A stretch of 64,000 nucleotides of DNA, taken from assembly GCA_963715645.1 (NCBI GenBank), contig OY970259.1:1272545-1336544 (forward strand), given 5' to 3'. Source of the stretch: an uncultured Thermoplasmata archaeon (GTDB lineage Archaea; Thermoplasmatota; Thermoplasmata; Lutacidiplasmatales; UBA184). The notes beneath the pieces were generated by a model. The model made no database searches. It had not been told where the DNA came from and saw nothing but the letters and a program-made list of their open reading frames with translations. The stretch's first letter is position 1. The number at the start of each line of letters is the position of its first letter. The position numbers and the translations under genes are program-made. This document shows, piece after piece, positions 56,120 through 64,000 of the stretch.

Positions 56120-56896
56120 TTCCGATTCCCCCAGAAGAGGCACTCTTTCGGGCAGACGCTGATGCACGTGCCGCACCGAACGCAGTCGGAGTCGTTGATC
56201 ACCGGCTCCTTCCAGATCCGCTTCGCGGCCTTCTCGCCGGGCTTGAGCTCGGGCTTCGGGATGTCGAGCATCGTGATGCACTGCGTGGGGCAGTCGCGGG
56301 CGCACGCGTTGCATCCGATGCACAGCGGCGGTTCGAGGAGGATCGCGTCCTCGTTCGCCGGCCGCTCCACCCGGATCGGGTTCATCGGGAGCTTCTGCTC
56401 GTAGATCTCGGAACATCTTCTGGGGGGAGTAGACCATCTCCGAGCGCTTGGTCGTCGAAAGCTCGTAGCGGGTCGTCATCGTGAGGCACCCCTCGGGACA
56501 GGCGTCCGAGCAGAACCCGCAGTAGCTGCACTTGCCGTAGTCGATCTCCGGGCACTTCTTCGGGTGCTTCGGGTCCCCGCCGGGCACCGTCACCATCTCG
56601 ATGCACAGGTCGGGGCAGGAGAACGCGCACAGGTTGCAGCTGATGCAGGTCGCGATGTTCAGCGCGTGCACGCCGCGGTAGTTGTCCCAGATCGGCCCGA
56701 CGCCGATCGACCGGCCCGACTGGATGCGGACCTCGTCCCGGAACTTGGGGTCCTCGAGCCGCTCGAACGGATAGATCACGGTGGACGGGTGGATCAGGCT
56801 CTTCGCGAACTGGCGGGCCGCCGTGAGCATCGGTTTCGCGACCCACAGGATCGGGTTGTCGGAGGGTTTGTCCGTCGCGGTGATTTCATCGCTCAT
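56116..56896 (-). pseudogene. nuoI: NADH-quinone oxidoreductase subunit I with an additional C-terminal 2x[4Fe-4S] ferredoxin domain (about 260 aa), one frame break near 56410
   Basis: Canonical clusters CISCNLCAFSCP and CSYCGFCSDACP. After ..YELSTTKRSEMVYSPQKMF the coding signal continues in the +1 frame: EIYEQKLPMNPIRVERP..CIGCNACARDCP..CVRCGTCISVCP... Confidence 0.8.
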
Positions 56897-56906
56897 CGAA
56901 CCTGGG

Positions 56907-58038
56907 TCACACCCCCGAGGAAGGGAGGCAGCCGAAGACCGGGAGGCATTTGACCGTCACCAGCGCTGCGGCGAGGAAGACGGCGACGAGGCTCAGCGGG
57001 ATCATCCGGTTCCACCCGACCCGGAGCAGCTGGTCGGTACGGACCCGTGGAAGGGAGGCCCGGATCCAGACGAAGAGGCCGAAGACCAGGTAGGCCTTCA
57101 CCATGAACCAGAAGATCCCGGCGAGCGGGAATGAGGTCGCGGCGGACGGGACCCAGGTCGGCATGGTCCAGCCACCGAGGAAGAGGAGGACGACCAGGAT
57201 GCTGCCGACGAGGGCGCGGAGGTAGTCGGCCAGCATGAAGAACGCGAACAACATGCCGCCGTACTCGGTGTTCCACCCTTCCACGAGCTCGGCCTCGGCT
57301 TCGGGCAGGTCGAACGGGATCCGTTCCATCTCGGCCAGCATCCCCGCCACGAAGACGACGAGCGCGAGGAAGAGCGGAGCCCAGAACCAGTAGTTCTGCT
57401 GCTCCATCACGATGGTGGTCAGGTCGAAGCTCCCCGAGACGACGATGACTGCGACGACCGCGAGGAGGACCGGGACCTCGTAGGCGATCATCTGGGCGGC
57501 GGAGCGCATGCCGCCCATCAGCGAGTACTTGTTGTTGCTCGACCAGGCGCTGACGAAGATGAACAGCGGTGCGAAGGAGAAGATCGCGAGGGCGAGCAGG
57601 AGGCTGAGCGGGAGGACGCCCGAGTTCCAGCCGGAGGAGATCGGAAGGATCCCAAAGATCACGAAGCGAGGTGACCAGGTACGCCACCGGCCCGCCGAAG
57701 AAGCCGAGCGAGTCGGCCTCCTTCGGCTTGAACGTGTTCTTGCGGAAGAGCTTGAAGCCGTCCGCGAAGTTCTGCAGCAGGCCGGCGTAGCCGACGTGCA
57801 TCGCGCCGCGCCGGTCCATGAAGCGGCCGAGCAGCTTGCGTTCCCACCAGATGAGGATGATCGTGTTGATCATGCTCGCCCCGAGCAGGATCGCGCCGAA
57901 CACGAGGACCGCGAGGCCGACGATCAGGTCGGTGTTCGTGATCCAGGCGTTGAGGGGGTACGGGAGCACGGAGCCGATGCCCGTGAGGACGAAGTTGACC
58001 AGGTAGTAGGAGACGCTGTAGAGGGTCGCGCTCGACAT
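56907..58038 (-). pseudogene. nuoH: NADH-quinone oxidoreductase subunit H, one frame break near 57665
   Basis: ..IILIWWERKLLGRFMDRRG..GLLQNFADGFKLF.., ..NNKYSLMGGMRSAAQMIAYEVP.., ..MERIPFDLPEAEAELVEGWNTEYGGM.., ..WIRASLPRVRTDQLL... Confidence 0.9.
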
Positions 58039-58047
58039 GGGGATTCC

Positions 58048-59195
58048 CTACCGGTCCACCTCCCCGACGCAGACGTCGACGCTGCCCATGATGGGCGGGA
58101 TGTCGGCGACGCGGTATCCGATCAGGTAATGGCGTGCCGCGCTGACGTTGGCGAAGACGGGCGAGCGGAACTTCACGCGGTACGGGTGCTCTCCGCCCTC
58201 GTTCACTACGTAAGCCTGGGCCTCCCCGTGGGGCTCCTCGATGGAGGAGAGCCCGACACCCTTCGGGTAGTTGCGCTTGAGCAGGTACTCCTCCTTGCCG
58301 ACCGGGGCGTACGGTGCCCCGAGCCACCGGGGAAGACGGTCGGCGAGGACCGGACCGGGGTGGTGGTCGAGCCAGTCGAGCACCTGACGGATGATCCGGA
58401 TGGATTGCCGCATCTCCTCCATACGAACGAGGTACCGACCGGTAACGTCCGCCCCGTCCGCGACGGCGACGTCGAAGTCGACCTGCGGGTAGATCGGCGT
58501 ACGGGCGGTCCCTGACGTACGTCGCGCTTCATCCCCGCCGACCGTAGCATCGGCCCCGTGACGCCCGTGGCGACGCAGTCGGCCGCCTTCAGCACGCCGA
58601 GCCCGTCGCACCGCTTGTGGAAGATGTCCGAGCCGAGGCAGAGCCGGTCGTACTCGACGAACCGGTCGCTCAGCCAGTCCAGCGCACGGCGGGCATGGCC
58701 GGTGAACCCCGGTGGGAGGTCATTGCGCACTCCGCCGACGCGCATGTACTCGTAGGTCATGCGCGCCCCGCTGTAGCTCTGGAAAAGGTCGAGGATGAGG
58801 TCCCGGTCCCGCATTCCGTAGAGGAACGGGGTCATCAGGCCGATGTCCTGGACGAACGCGGAGTACCACATCAGGTGGGAGCCGATCCGCTGGAATTCCT
58901 CGCACATCGTCCGGATGTACTCTGCCCGCTCCGGGGGTCGGATGTGGAGCGCGTCCTCCGCGGCGAGGATGTAGAGGTGCTCCCAGGCGAGCCCGGCGAC
59001 GTAGCAGGTCCGGTCCATCAGTGTGACGACCTCGTTGTAGTGGCGGTCCTCGCTGATCTTCTCGATCCCTCGGTGAAGGTACCCCATCTCGGGGTCGCAA
59101 TCGAGGATCATCTCGCCATCGATCTTGACGCGGAGGTTCCAGAGGCCGTGCGTCATGGGGTGCTGCGGCCCCATGTTGATCCACATCTCAGACAC
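58048..59195 (-). pseudogene. nuoD: NADH-quinone oxidoreductase subunit D, one frame break near 58510
   Basis: ..MWINMGPQHPMTHGLWNLRVKIDGE..GYLHRGIEK.., ..TGPMLRSAG.., ..RYLVRMEEMRQSIRII.., ..RSPVFANVSAARHYLIGYRVADIPPIMGSVDVCVGEVDR. Confidence 0.9.
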
Positions 59196-59664
59196 TGCGC
59201 TTCTTCACCTCCAGCTCTTCGGGCTCGTGGAGCTTGAACGACCGAAGCAGCGGATGGAACGCGTAGCCGTCGGGGAGGAGGAGGTGCCGAAGGTCGGGGT
59301 GGTGGTCGAAGGTGATGTCCACCAGCTCCCACGTCTCGCGTTCGTGCCAGTTCGCGCTCGGCCAGACCGGGGTCGCCGACTCGATGTGCGGAACGTCGGC
59401 GGGGATGTCGGTCGAGAGGAGGACGTACTGGCGGAGCTCGTCGGACCAGGTCACGTAGAAGACCTCGCGATGGGTCGACCCAGTCGATCCCCCCACCATC
59501 GAGAGGTGATGGAAGCCGAGCGTCTCCTTGACCGCACGGAACACATCGAGAGCCGCCTCCGCCCGGAACCGGAGGCGGCCGGCGGTCTTGGCGAACGGCT
59601 CCACCCCGAGGACGCGGTCTCCGAGAACCGGTGCCAGGGCCTTCGCCAGGTCCTCCGACTGCAT
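59188..59664 (-). CDS. nuoC: NADH-quinone oxidoreductase subunit C
   Basis: Intact 158 aa. ..VWPSANWHERETWELVDITFDHHPDLRHLLLP... Confidence 0.88.
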   Translation of the reverse strand: MQSEDLAKALAPVLGDRVLGVEPFAKTAGRLRFRAEAALDVFRAVKETLGFHHLSMVGGSTGSTHREVFYVTWSDELRQYVLLSTDIPADVPHIESATPVWPSANWHERETWELVDITFDHHPDLRHLLLPDGYAFHPLLRSFKLHEPEELEVKKRSV

Positions 59665-59696
59665 CGAACTCCTCGGACGGTCCGGCCGCCGGACCC

Positions 59697-60329
59697 TTAC
59701 TCCTTCCGTTCCCGAATCAGTTCTTCGAGTCGCAGGATCCCGTCGATCATCGCCTCAGGCCGGGGCGGGCATCCGGCAATGTAGACGTCCACGGGCACCA
59801 GCTTGTCCACCCCAGGTACGACCGAATAGGCGGTGCGGAACGGCCCCCCGCCCGTCGCGCAGTTCCCCATCGCGATGACCCACTTCGGTTCGGGCATTTG
59901 CTCGTACAGGGTGATCAGCTTGTGGGCGACCTTCCAGGTGACGGTGCCGTTGACGATCATCAGGTCGCACTGGCGAGGCGACGAGCGGGGCACGATCCCG
60001 AACCGCTCGGAGTCCCAACGGGCCGAGAATGCGCTCGCGAACTCGATCGCGCAGCAGGCGAGACCCCAGTGGAGGGGGAAGAGGGAGTTTCGGCCGGCCC
60101 AGTTGAACGTCGGTCGGATGACCTTGCTCTGGCCCTGTTCGGCGATCAGCGAGGAGAGCGCCTCCTTGGCCGCGGGAATGAACTCCCGAGCGCGGACGGT
60201 ATCGATCTCGACGAACGAGACGCCGGGCTGGTCGACCATCGGCAGCTCCCCCTCGAGCCTGTAGCTCTCGGCGTTCGACGGGGCGACCTTGGCCGGGAGG
60301 GTGGGAGAGGGCGCGCTCAGACGACCCAC
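59697..60329 (-). CDS. nuoB: NADH-quinone oxidoreductase subunit B
   Basis: Intact. ..[17 protein letters not shown].., ..[12 protein letters not shown].., ..[12 protein letters not shown].., ..[14 protein letters not shown]... GTG 60329 overlaps the nuoA 3' end. Confidence 0.92.
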   Translation of the reverse strand: MGRLSAPSPTLPAKVAPSNAESYRLEGELPMVDQPGVSFVEIDTVRAREFIPAAKEALSSLIAEQGQSKVIRPTFNWAGRNSLFPLHWGLACCAIEFASAFSARWDSERFGIVPRSSPRQCDLMIVNGTVTWKVAHKLITLYEQMPEPKWVIAMGNCATGGGPFRTAYSVVPGVDKLVPVDVYIAGCPPRPEAMIDGILRLEELIRERKE

Positions 60330-60682
60330 CTCTTCTCTCCGCTGAGGGCATAGTAGATGCCCGTGACCGCGAGGGCGGTGAACGCCGCGGCGATGAACAC
60401 CGGGTACCAGCCCGAGTTGACCCCCCGGAAGGTCAGGCCCCAGAGGGCCAGGAGGAACCCGAGCACGTCCACCGCGACGAAGACGATCGCGAACGTGTAG
60501 TGCTGCGTCGGGAAGTCGATCTGGGCCTCGCCCTCCGCCTCCTCGCCACACTCGTACGTCGTGGTCTGGAGGTAGGAGCGCCGGGGCTTCGCGCCCAGCG
60601 AGCGGTTCGCGACGAGCGATCCCACGGCGAACGCCGCGGCGATCGCGGCGAACACTAGGAACGTCGTAACCCCCGCTTGCAT
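60317..60682 (-). CDS. nuoA: NADH-quinone oxidoreductase subunit A
   Basis: Intact 121 aa, three TM helices, ..YECGEE.. motif. GGAGGAG lies 4-10 nt upstream of the ATG. Confidence 0.88.
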   Translation of the reverse strand: MQAGVTTFLVFAAIAAAFAVGSLVANRSLGAKPRRSYLQTTTYECGEEAEGEAQIDFPTQHYTFAIVFVAVDVLGFLLALWGLTFRGVNSGWYPVFIAAAFTALAVTGIYYALSGEKRWVV

Positions 60683-60733
60683 CGACTCCTCCTGCCGCTA
60701 GCCTGCCTAGGTACTCAATGCGACTCGCTGACG

Positions 60734-60741
60734 TTATTTAA
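60734..60741 (-). promoter_or_regulatory. TATA-like box of the nuo operon
   Basis: Minus strand reads TTAAATAA, about 55 nt upstream of the nuoA ATG. A Shine-Dalgarno-like GGAGGAG (60686-60692) lies in the predicted leader. Confidence 0.45.
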
Positions 60742-60842
60742 CTCCTCCCGGATTCGCCGCCGGATTCTGACGGCCGGCGGGCGTCCGGGCCTTCCCCCGG
60801 ACGGACCCGCCGGGATTATCTCGCGCCCGCGCTCGGAGCATC

Positions 60843-62165
60843 GTGCGCGAGGCTAGCTTCCGGAGTCCCGTTCGTTTGAGCGGCCGGTTCATCGACCTGG
60901 TTCCCCTGTCGGTCGACCATGCCCCCGAGCTGACCTGGGCGGTTCGGGACCCGGAAGTCCGCCGATGGCTGCGAACCCCGGTCGGAGGGACCGTGGAGGA
61001 ACTGGAGGGGACGATCCGAGGCCTTCTCGCACAGCAGGCCCTCGGCACCGACCTGCCCTTCGCCACCGTGCTCCGCGCAACGGGCCGGACCGTCGGCACG
61101 ACCCGCTTCCTCCGGATCGACCGACCCTCCCACGGGGTGGAGATCGGCGGGACCGTCCTCGACTCCGCGTACTGGAGGACGCCGGTGAACACCGAATCGA
61201 AGTTCCTGATGCTGCGGTACGCCTTCGAGGAGGAGGCAGCGCACCGGGTCCAGTTCCAGACGGACCTGCGGAACGTACGCTCGCAGAGAGCGATCGAGCG
61301 GCTCGGCGCCGTGCCTGAGGCTCGCCTACGGGAGGACGTCCTCCTGCCCGACGGAAGCTTTCGTACCAGTGTCTACTACAGCATCCTCGAATCCGAATGG
61401 CCCGGCGTGCGGGGCCGCCTCGAGGGGATGTTGGCTCGTCCGTGGACCCCTCCCGCCCCCTCCGCCGGACCCAAGCTCCTCCCCCGTTCGGACGGCCGGG
61501 AAAGAGGGGCTTCCGGCCCACCTGGATTTCCGCGTCGCCCCCCGCGTCGATTCGACGCGCAGTCCGAGCTTCGGGGGAGATGGGTCCACCTCCTCCCCCT
61601 CGACCGGGGCCAGCTGCCCGGCCTGATCGAAGCGGGCGCGGACCCCGAGATCTGGACGTACATGCGGATCCGCCACGGCGACACCCCCGAAGAGATGACG
61701 AAGCTCGTGGGAGAGCTGCTCGCGGCTCGGAGCCGTGGGGAGGTACAGCCCTACGTGATCCGGGTCGGTAGGCCCGAACGCACGGTCGGGATCATCCGCT
61801 ACCTCGACATCAACCGCGAGGACCAGTGGGTCGAGATCGGGACCTGGCTCAGCCGCTCGGTGTGGAGGACTCCCGTCAACACGGAAGCCAAGCTCCTCCT
61901 GCTTCGGAACGCGTTCGACACCGAGGGGGTCCACCGGGTGCAGCTGAAGACCGACCTACGGAACCTCCGCTCCCAAGAGGCGATCCGGCGACTCGGGGCC
62001 GTGCTCGAGGGCCCGAAGCGGGAGAACTACCAGTTCGCCTGGGGGGGCTACCGCACTTCCCTGTACTACAGCATCCTCGAGTCCGAGTGGCCCTCCGTAC
62101 GCCGACGCCTCGAGGAACAGCTCGAGCGGCCGTTCGACGGAGCCCTCCGACCCCTGGCGCAGTGA
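60843..62165 (+). CDS. tandem double-GNAT (RimJ/RimL-like, Acetyltransf_3) N-acetyltransferase
   Basis: Intact 440 aa. Two homologous halves share ..YWRTPVNTESKFLMLRYAFEEEAAHRVQFQTDLRNVRSQRAIERLGAV..SVYYSILESEWP.. and ..VWRTPVNTEAKLLLLRNAFDTEGVHRVQLKTDLRNLRSQEAIRRLGAV..SLYYSILESEWP... ATTATC box 25 nt upstream of the GTG. Confidence 0.8.
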   Translation: MREASFRSPVRLSGRFIDLVPLSVDHAPELTWAVRDPEVRRWLRTPVGGTVEELEGTIRGLLAQQALGTDLPFATVLRATGRTVGTTRFLRIDRPSHGVEIGGTVLDSAYWRTPVNTESKFLMLRYAFEEEAAHRVQFQTDLRNVRSQRAIERLGAVPEARLREDVLLPDGSFRTSVYYSILESEWPGVRGRLEGMLARPWTPPAPSAGPKLLPRSDGRERGASGPPGFPRRPPRRFDAQSELRGRWVHLLPLDRGQLPGLIEAGADPEIWTYMRIRHGDTPEEMTKLVGELLAARSRGEVQPYVIRVGRPERTVGIIRYLDINREDQWVEIGTWLSRSVWRTPVNTEAKLLLLRNAFDTEGVHRVQLKTDLRNLRSQEAIRRLGAVLEGPKRENYQFAWGGYRTSLYYSILESEWPSVRRRLEEQLERPFDGALRPLAQ

Positions 62166-62167
62166 CC

Positions 62168-62963
62168 TTAGCCGGGGGGTGGGAAGTTGGGCTTCCGCTT
62201 CTCGCGGAACGCCCGGACGCCTTCGGGCAACTCGGCTCCCCGGGCCGCCTCGACCGCCCCGCGGCGTTCGAGCATCATCTGCGATTCGAGGCTCTCGCTG
62301 AACGCAGCGACCATCAGTCGTTTGATCCAGCCGTAGGCAAGGGTGGGTCCGCGTGCGAGTTCGGCGGCACGCGCCCAGGTCCTCACGTTGAGCTCCGTCA
62401 TCGGGACGACCTCGTGGAGGAGGCCGAGCTCCTTCGCCCGTTGCGCGCCGATCCGGGCGTTGGTGAACAGGATTCTCCTGAGCGAGCCCGATGCCTAGGA
62501 AATGGGGCAGGAAGTAGGTCAGACCGCCGTCGGGCACCGCCCCCAGTCCCGGGAATGCGGGGACGAGCACCGCCTCCTCCGACGCGATCCGCCAATCCGC
62601 TGCAAGGGCGAGCGACAGGCCCCCGCCGGCGGCGACCCCCGGGAGGGAGGCGACGACCGGCTTGGCCATGCCGACGATCTCGCGGACCATGAGCTCCTGC
62701 TCCCCCGTCAGTTCGTGAAAGAGTCGGGCGAGGTCGCCGCGCGCCCGGGCCTCCTCCATGGCCGCCACATCTCCGCCGGCGGAGAACGCCCGTCCCTCGC
62801 CCGTAAGGATCACCGCGCGGACCTCATGGTCGAGGGCCACCTCCTGGAGCGCCGCGCGAAGCTCACGGAAGGTCGGGATGTCCACGGCGTTCAACCGCTC
62901 GGGGCGCGAGATCCGAACCTCGGCAACTGCCCCGCGGCGCTCGACACGAACACTCGGGCTCAT
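62168..62963 (-). pseudogene. enoyl-CoA hydratase/isomerase (crotonase) family protein, about 2 frame breaks near 62400-62500
   Basis: MSPSVRVERRGAVAEVRISRPERLNAV.., ..VILTGEGRAFSAGGD.., ..KPVVASLPGVAAGGGLSLALAAD.., C-terminus ..GVRAFREKRKPNFPPPG. Confidence 0.85.
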
Positions 62964-62991
62964 GGACGTGGGACCCCCAGACAATCGGGGG

Positions 62992-62997
62992 TTTATA
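62992..62997 (-). promoter_or_regulatory. TATA box about 31 nt upstream of the crotonase ATG (leaderless-type spacing)
   Basis: Minus strand reads GCTATAAAC. ATG at 62963. Confidence 0.45.
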
Positions 62998-63017
62998 GCT
63001 AGTGAAGCGCCGTCGAC

Positions 63018-64000
63018 TCAGGTCGTGGGCCGCGCGGGCTTACGCGGGGCAGGGTCTGGGCGGTCGGACGAAGTGGCGCGCCCGGGGTCCGGCGGCGCTG
63101 AGCCCGTGTGCTCCGAGGCGGGTCCGGGAGGAGGCGGGGGTGCGAACTGGTCGGCGTCGGGAAGGGTGGCCATCGGCGGGCTCTTGGTCTTGCCACCGAT
63201 GGCCATCGCGGCCGACTCGTCCGTCTCGGCCTTGATCTCGTCCTCGATCGAACGGATCTCGGACATCAGCTCCTCCTGCTTCGGGATCGGCCCCAGGATG
63301 TCGTCCATCGACCCGATGCTGCTGCTCGAGGTCCGCGAGCGTGTTCAACTGGCGGTCGGGGACCTGCCGGCCCGTGCCCAGGTACTCGGCGGCGCCCTCC
63401 ACCAAGCCGGGAGAACTCGAAGGGGAAGAGGATCTTCGTCGCTTGGCCGTTGCCCAGGTTCGTGACGGTGTCGAGCGAGAGGACGGTCAGGGCCTTGGCG
63501 TCGAGGACGCCCGCCCCCAGCGAAAGGATGCGGAGCCGCTGCGCCTCCCCCTGAGCCTCCAGGATGGTAGCGACCCGACCGCCCTCGGCCTCCAGGATCT
63601 TGGACTGCCGGACCCCTTCGGCCTGCAGGATCCGCGAGCGCTTCTGCCCCTCCGCGACGAGGATGGCGCTGCGCTTCTCCCCGTCCGCGCGCAGGACCGC
63701 GGCGCGGCGTTGCCGTTCGGCGGAGGTTTGCTCCTCCATCGCGGCCTTGACGGGCCCGACCGGGTCGACCTCCTTGATCTCGACCGCGTCGACGCGGACG
63801 CCCCACTTGTCGGTCGCCTCGTCGAGGATGTCCCGGAGACGGGTGTTGATCCGCTCCCGGTTGTAGAGGATCTCGTCGAGCTCCATGTCGCCGATGATCG
63901 ACCGGAGCGTCGTCTGGGCGAGCGCGACCGTCGCGATGTGGTAGTCCTGGACCTGGAAGATCGCCTTCGGCGGGTCGACGACCTTGATGTAGATGATCGC
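63018..64000 (-). pseudogene. SPFH/band-7 (stomatin/prohibitin-like) protein, N-terminus outside window, about 2 frame breaks
   Basis: ..IIYIKVVDPPKAIFQVQDYHIATVALAQTTLRSIIGDMELDEILYNRERINTRLRDILDEATDKWGVRVDAVEIKEVDP.., coiled-coil ..AEGEAQRLRIL.., ..TKILFPFEF.., then an acidic/Pro-rich tail in other frames. Confidence 0.85.

Overview
High-GC (roughly two-thirds G+C by eye) archaeal chromosomal segment made almost entirely of housekeeping genes. Lineage cannot be assigned from sequence alone; the archaeal call rests on L32e/L19e/S4e/L30/L15, RNase P Rpp29 inside the r-protein operon, Cbf5, topoisomerase VI and the HMGCS/thiolase/DUF35 trio.

Layout, left to right:
- citrate synthase 3' end, dnaK (-), an ArsB/NhaD-type permease, a P-loop kinase;
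- HAD hydrolase, M20 amidohydrolase, class V aminotransferase;
- PAC2 chaperone (-), tRNA-Ala(GGC) with an insertion in its T-loop, an XRE-type HTH regulator;
- HMG-CoA synthase, thiolase, DUF35, DUF835;
- GT4 glycosyltransferase plus uncharacterised neighbours, DUF99, DUF72, DUF2203, tdh-kbl (-);
- a 17-kb ribosomal-protein operon (rpl3 to rpl15, secY, DUF106/YidC-like, cmk, truB) followed by an MMPL/RND transporter;
- bcp (-), a small Lrp/AsnC RAM protein, cysS, top6B-top6A (-);
- one long minus-strand block (promoter-proximal gene first): nuoABCDHIJKLMN, geranylgeranyl-reductase-like gene, polyprenyl synthase, small membrane protein, CN-hydrolase;
- a tandem-GNAT protein, enoyl-CoA hydratase (-), and a stomatin/SPFH gene truncated at the window end.

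I see no CRISPR array, transposase, integrase, prophage or defence island.

The dominant property of the sequence is reading-frame breaks in obviously essential genes. My manual estimate is well over 100, clustered in blocks, with about 12 kb completely clean. Many gene spans below are therefore frame-corrected spans, typed pseudogene only because the sequence as given does not encode an intact ORF. Uncorrected assembly indels are the most likely cause.

Items worth a second look:
- the interrupted tRNA-Ala;
- NuoI carrying a second 2x[4Fe-4S] domain in an 11-subunit Nuo that lacks EFG;
- the nuo / prenyl-reductase / prenyl-synthase linkage;
- DUF835 translationally coupled to the mevalonate-entry trio;
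- N- or C-terminal extensions on SecY, L24 and S5.

I do not see convincing evidence for a wholly new system and say so plainly.
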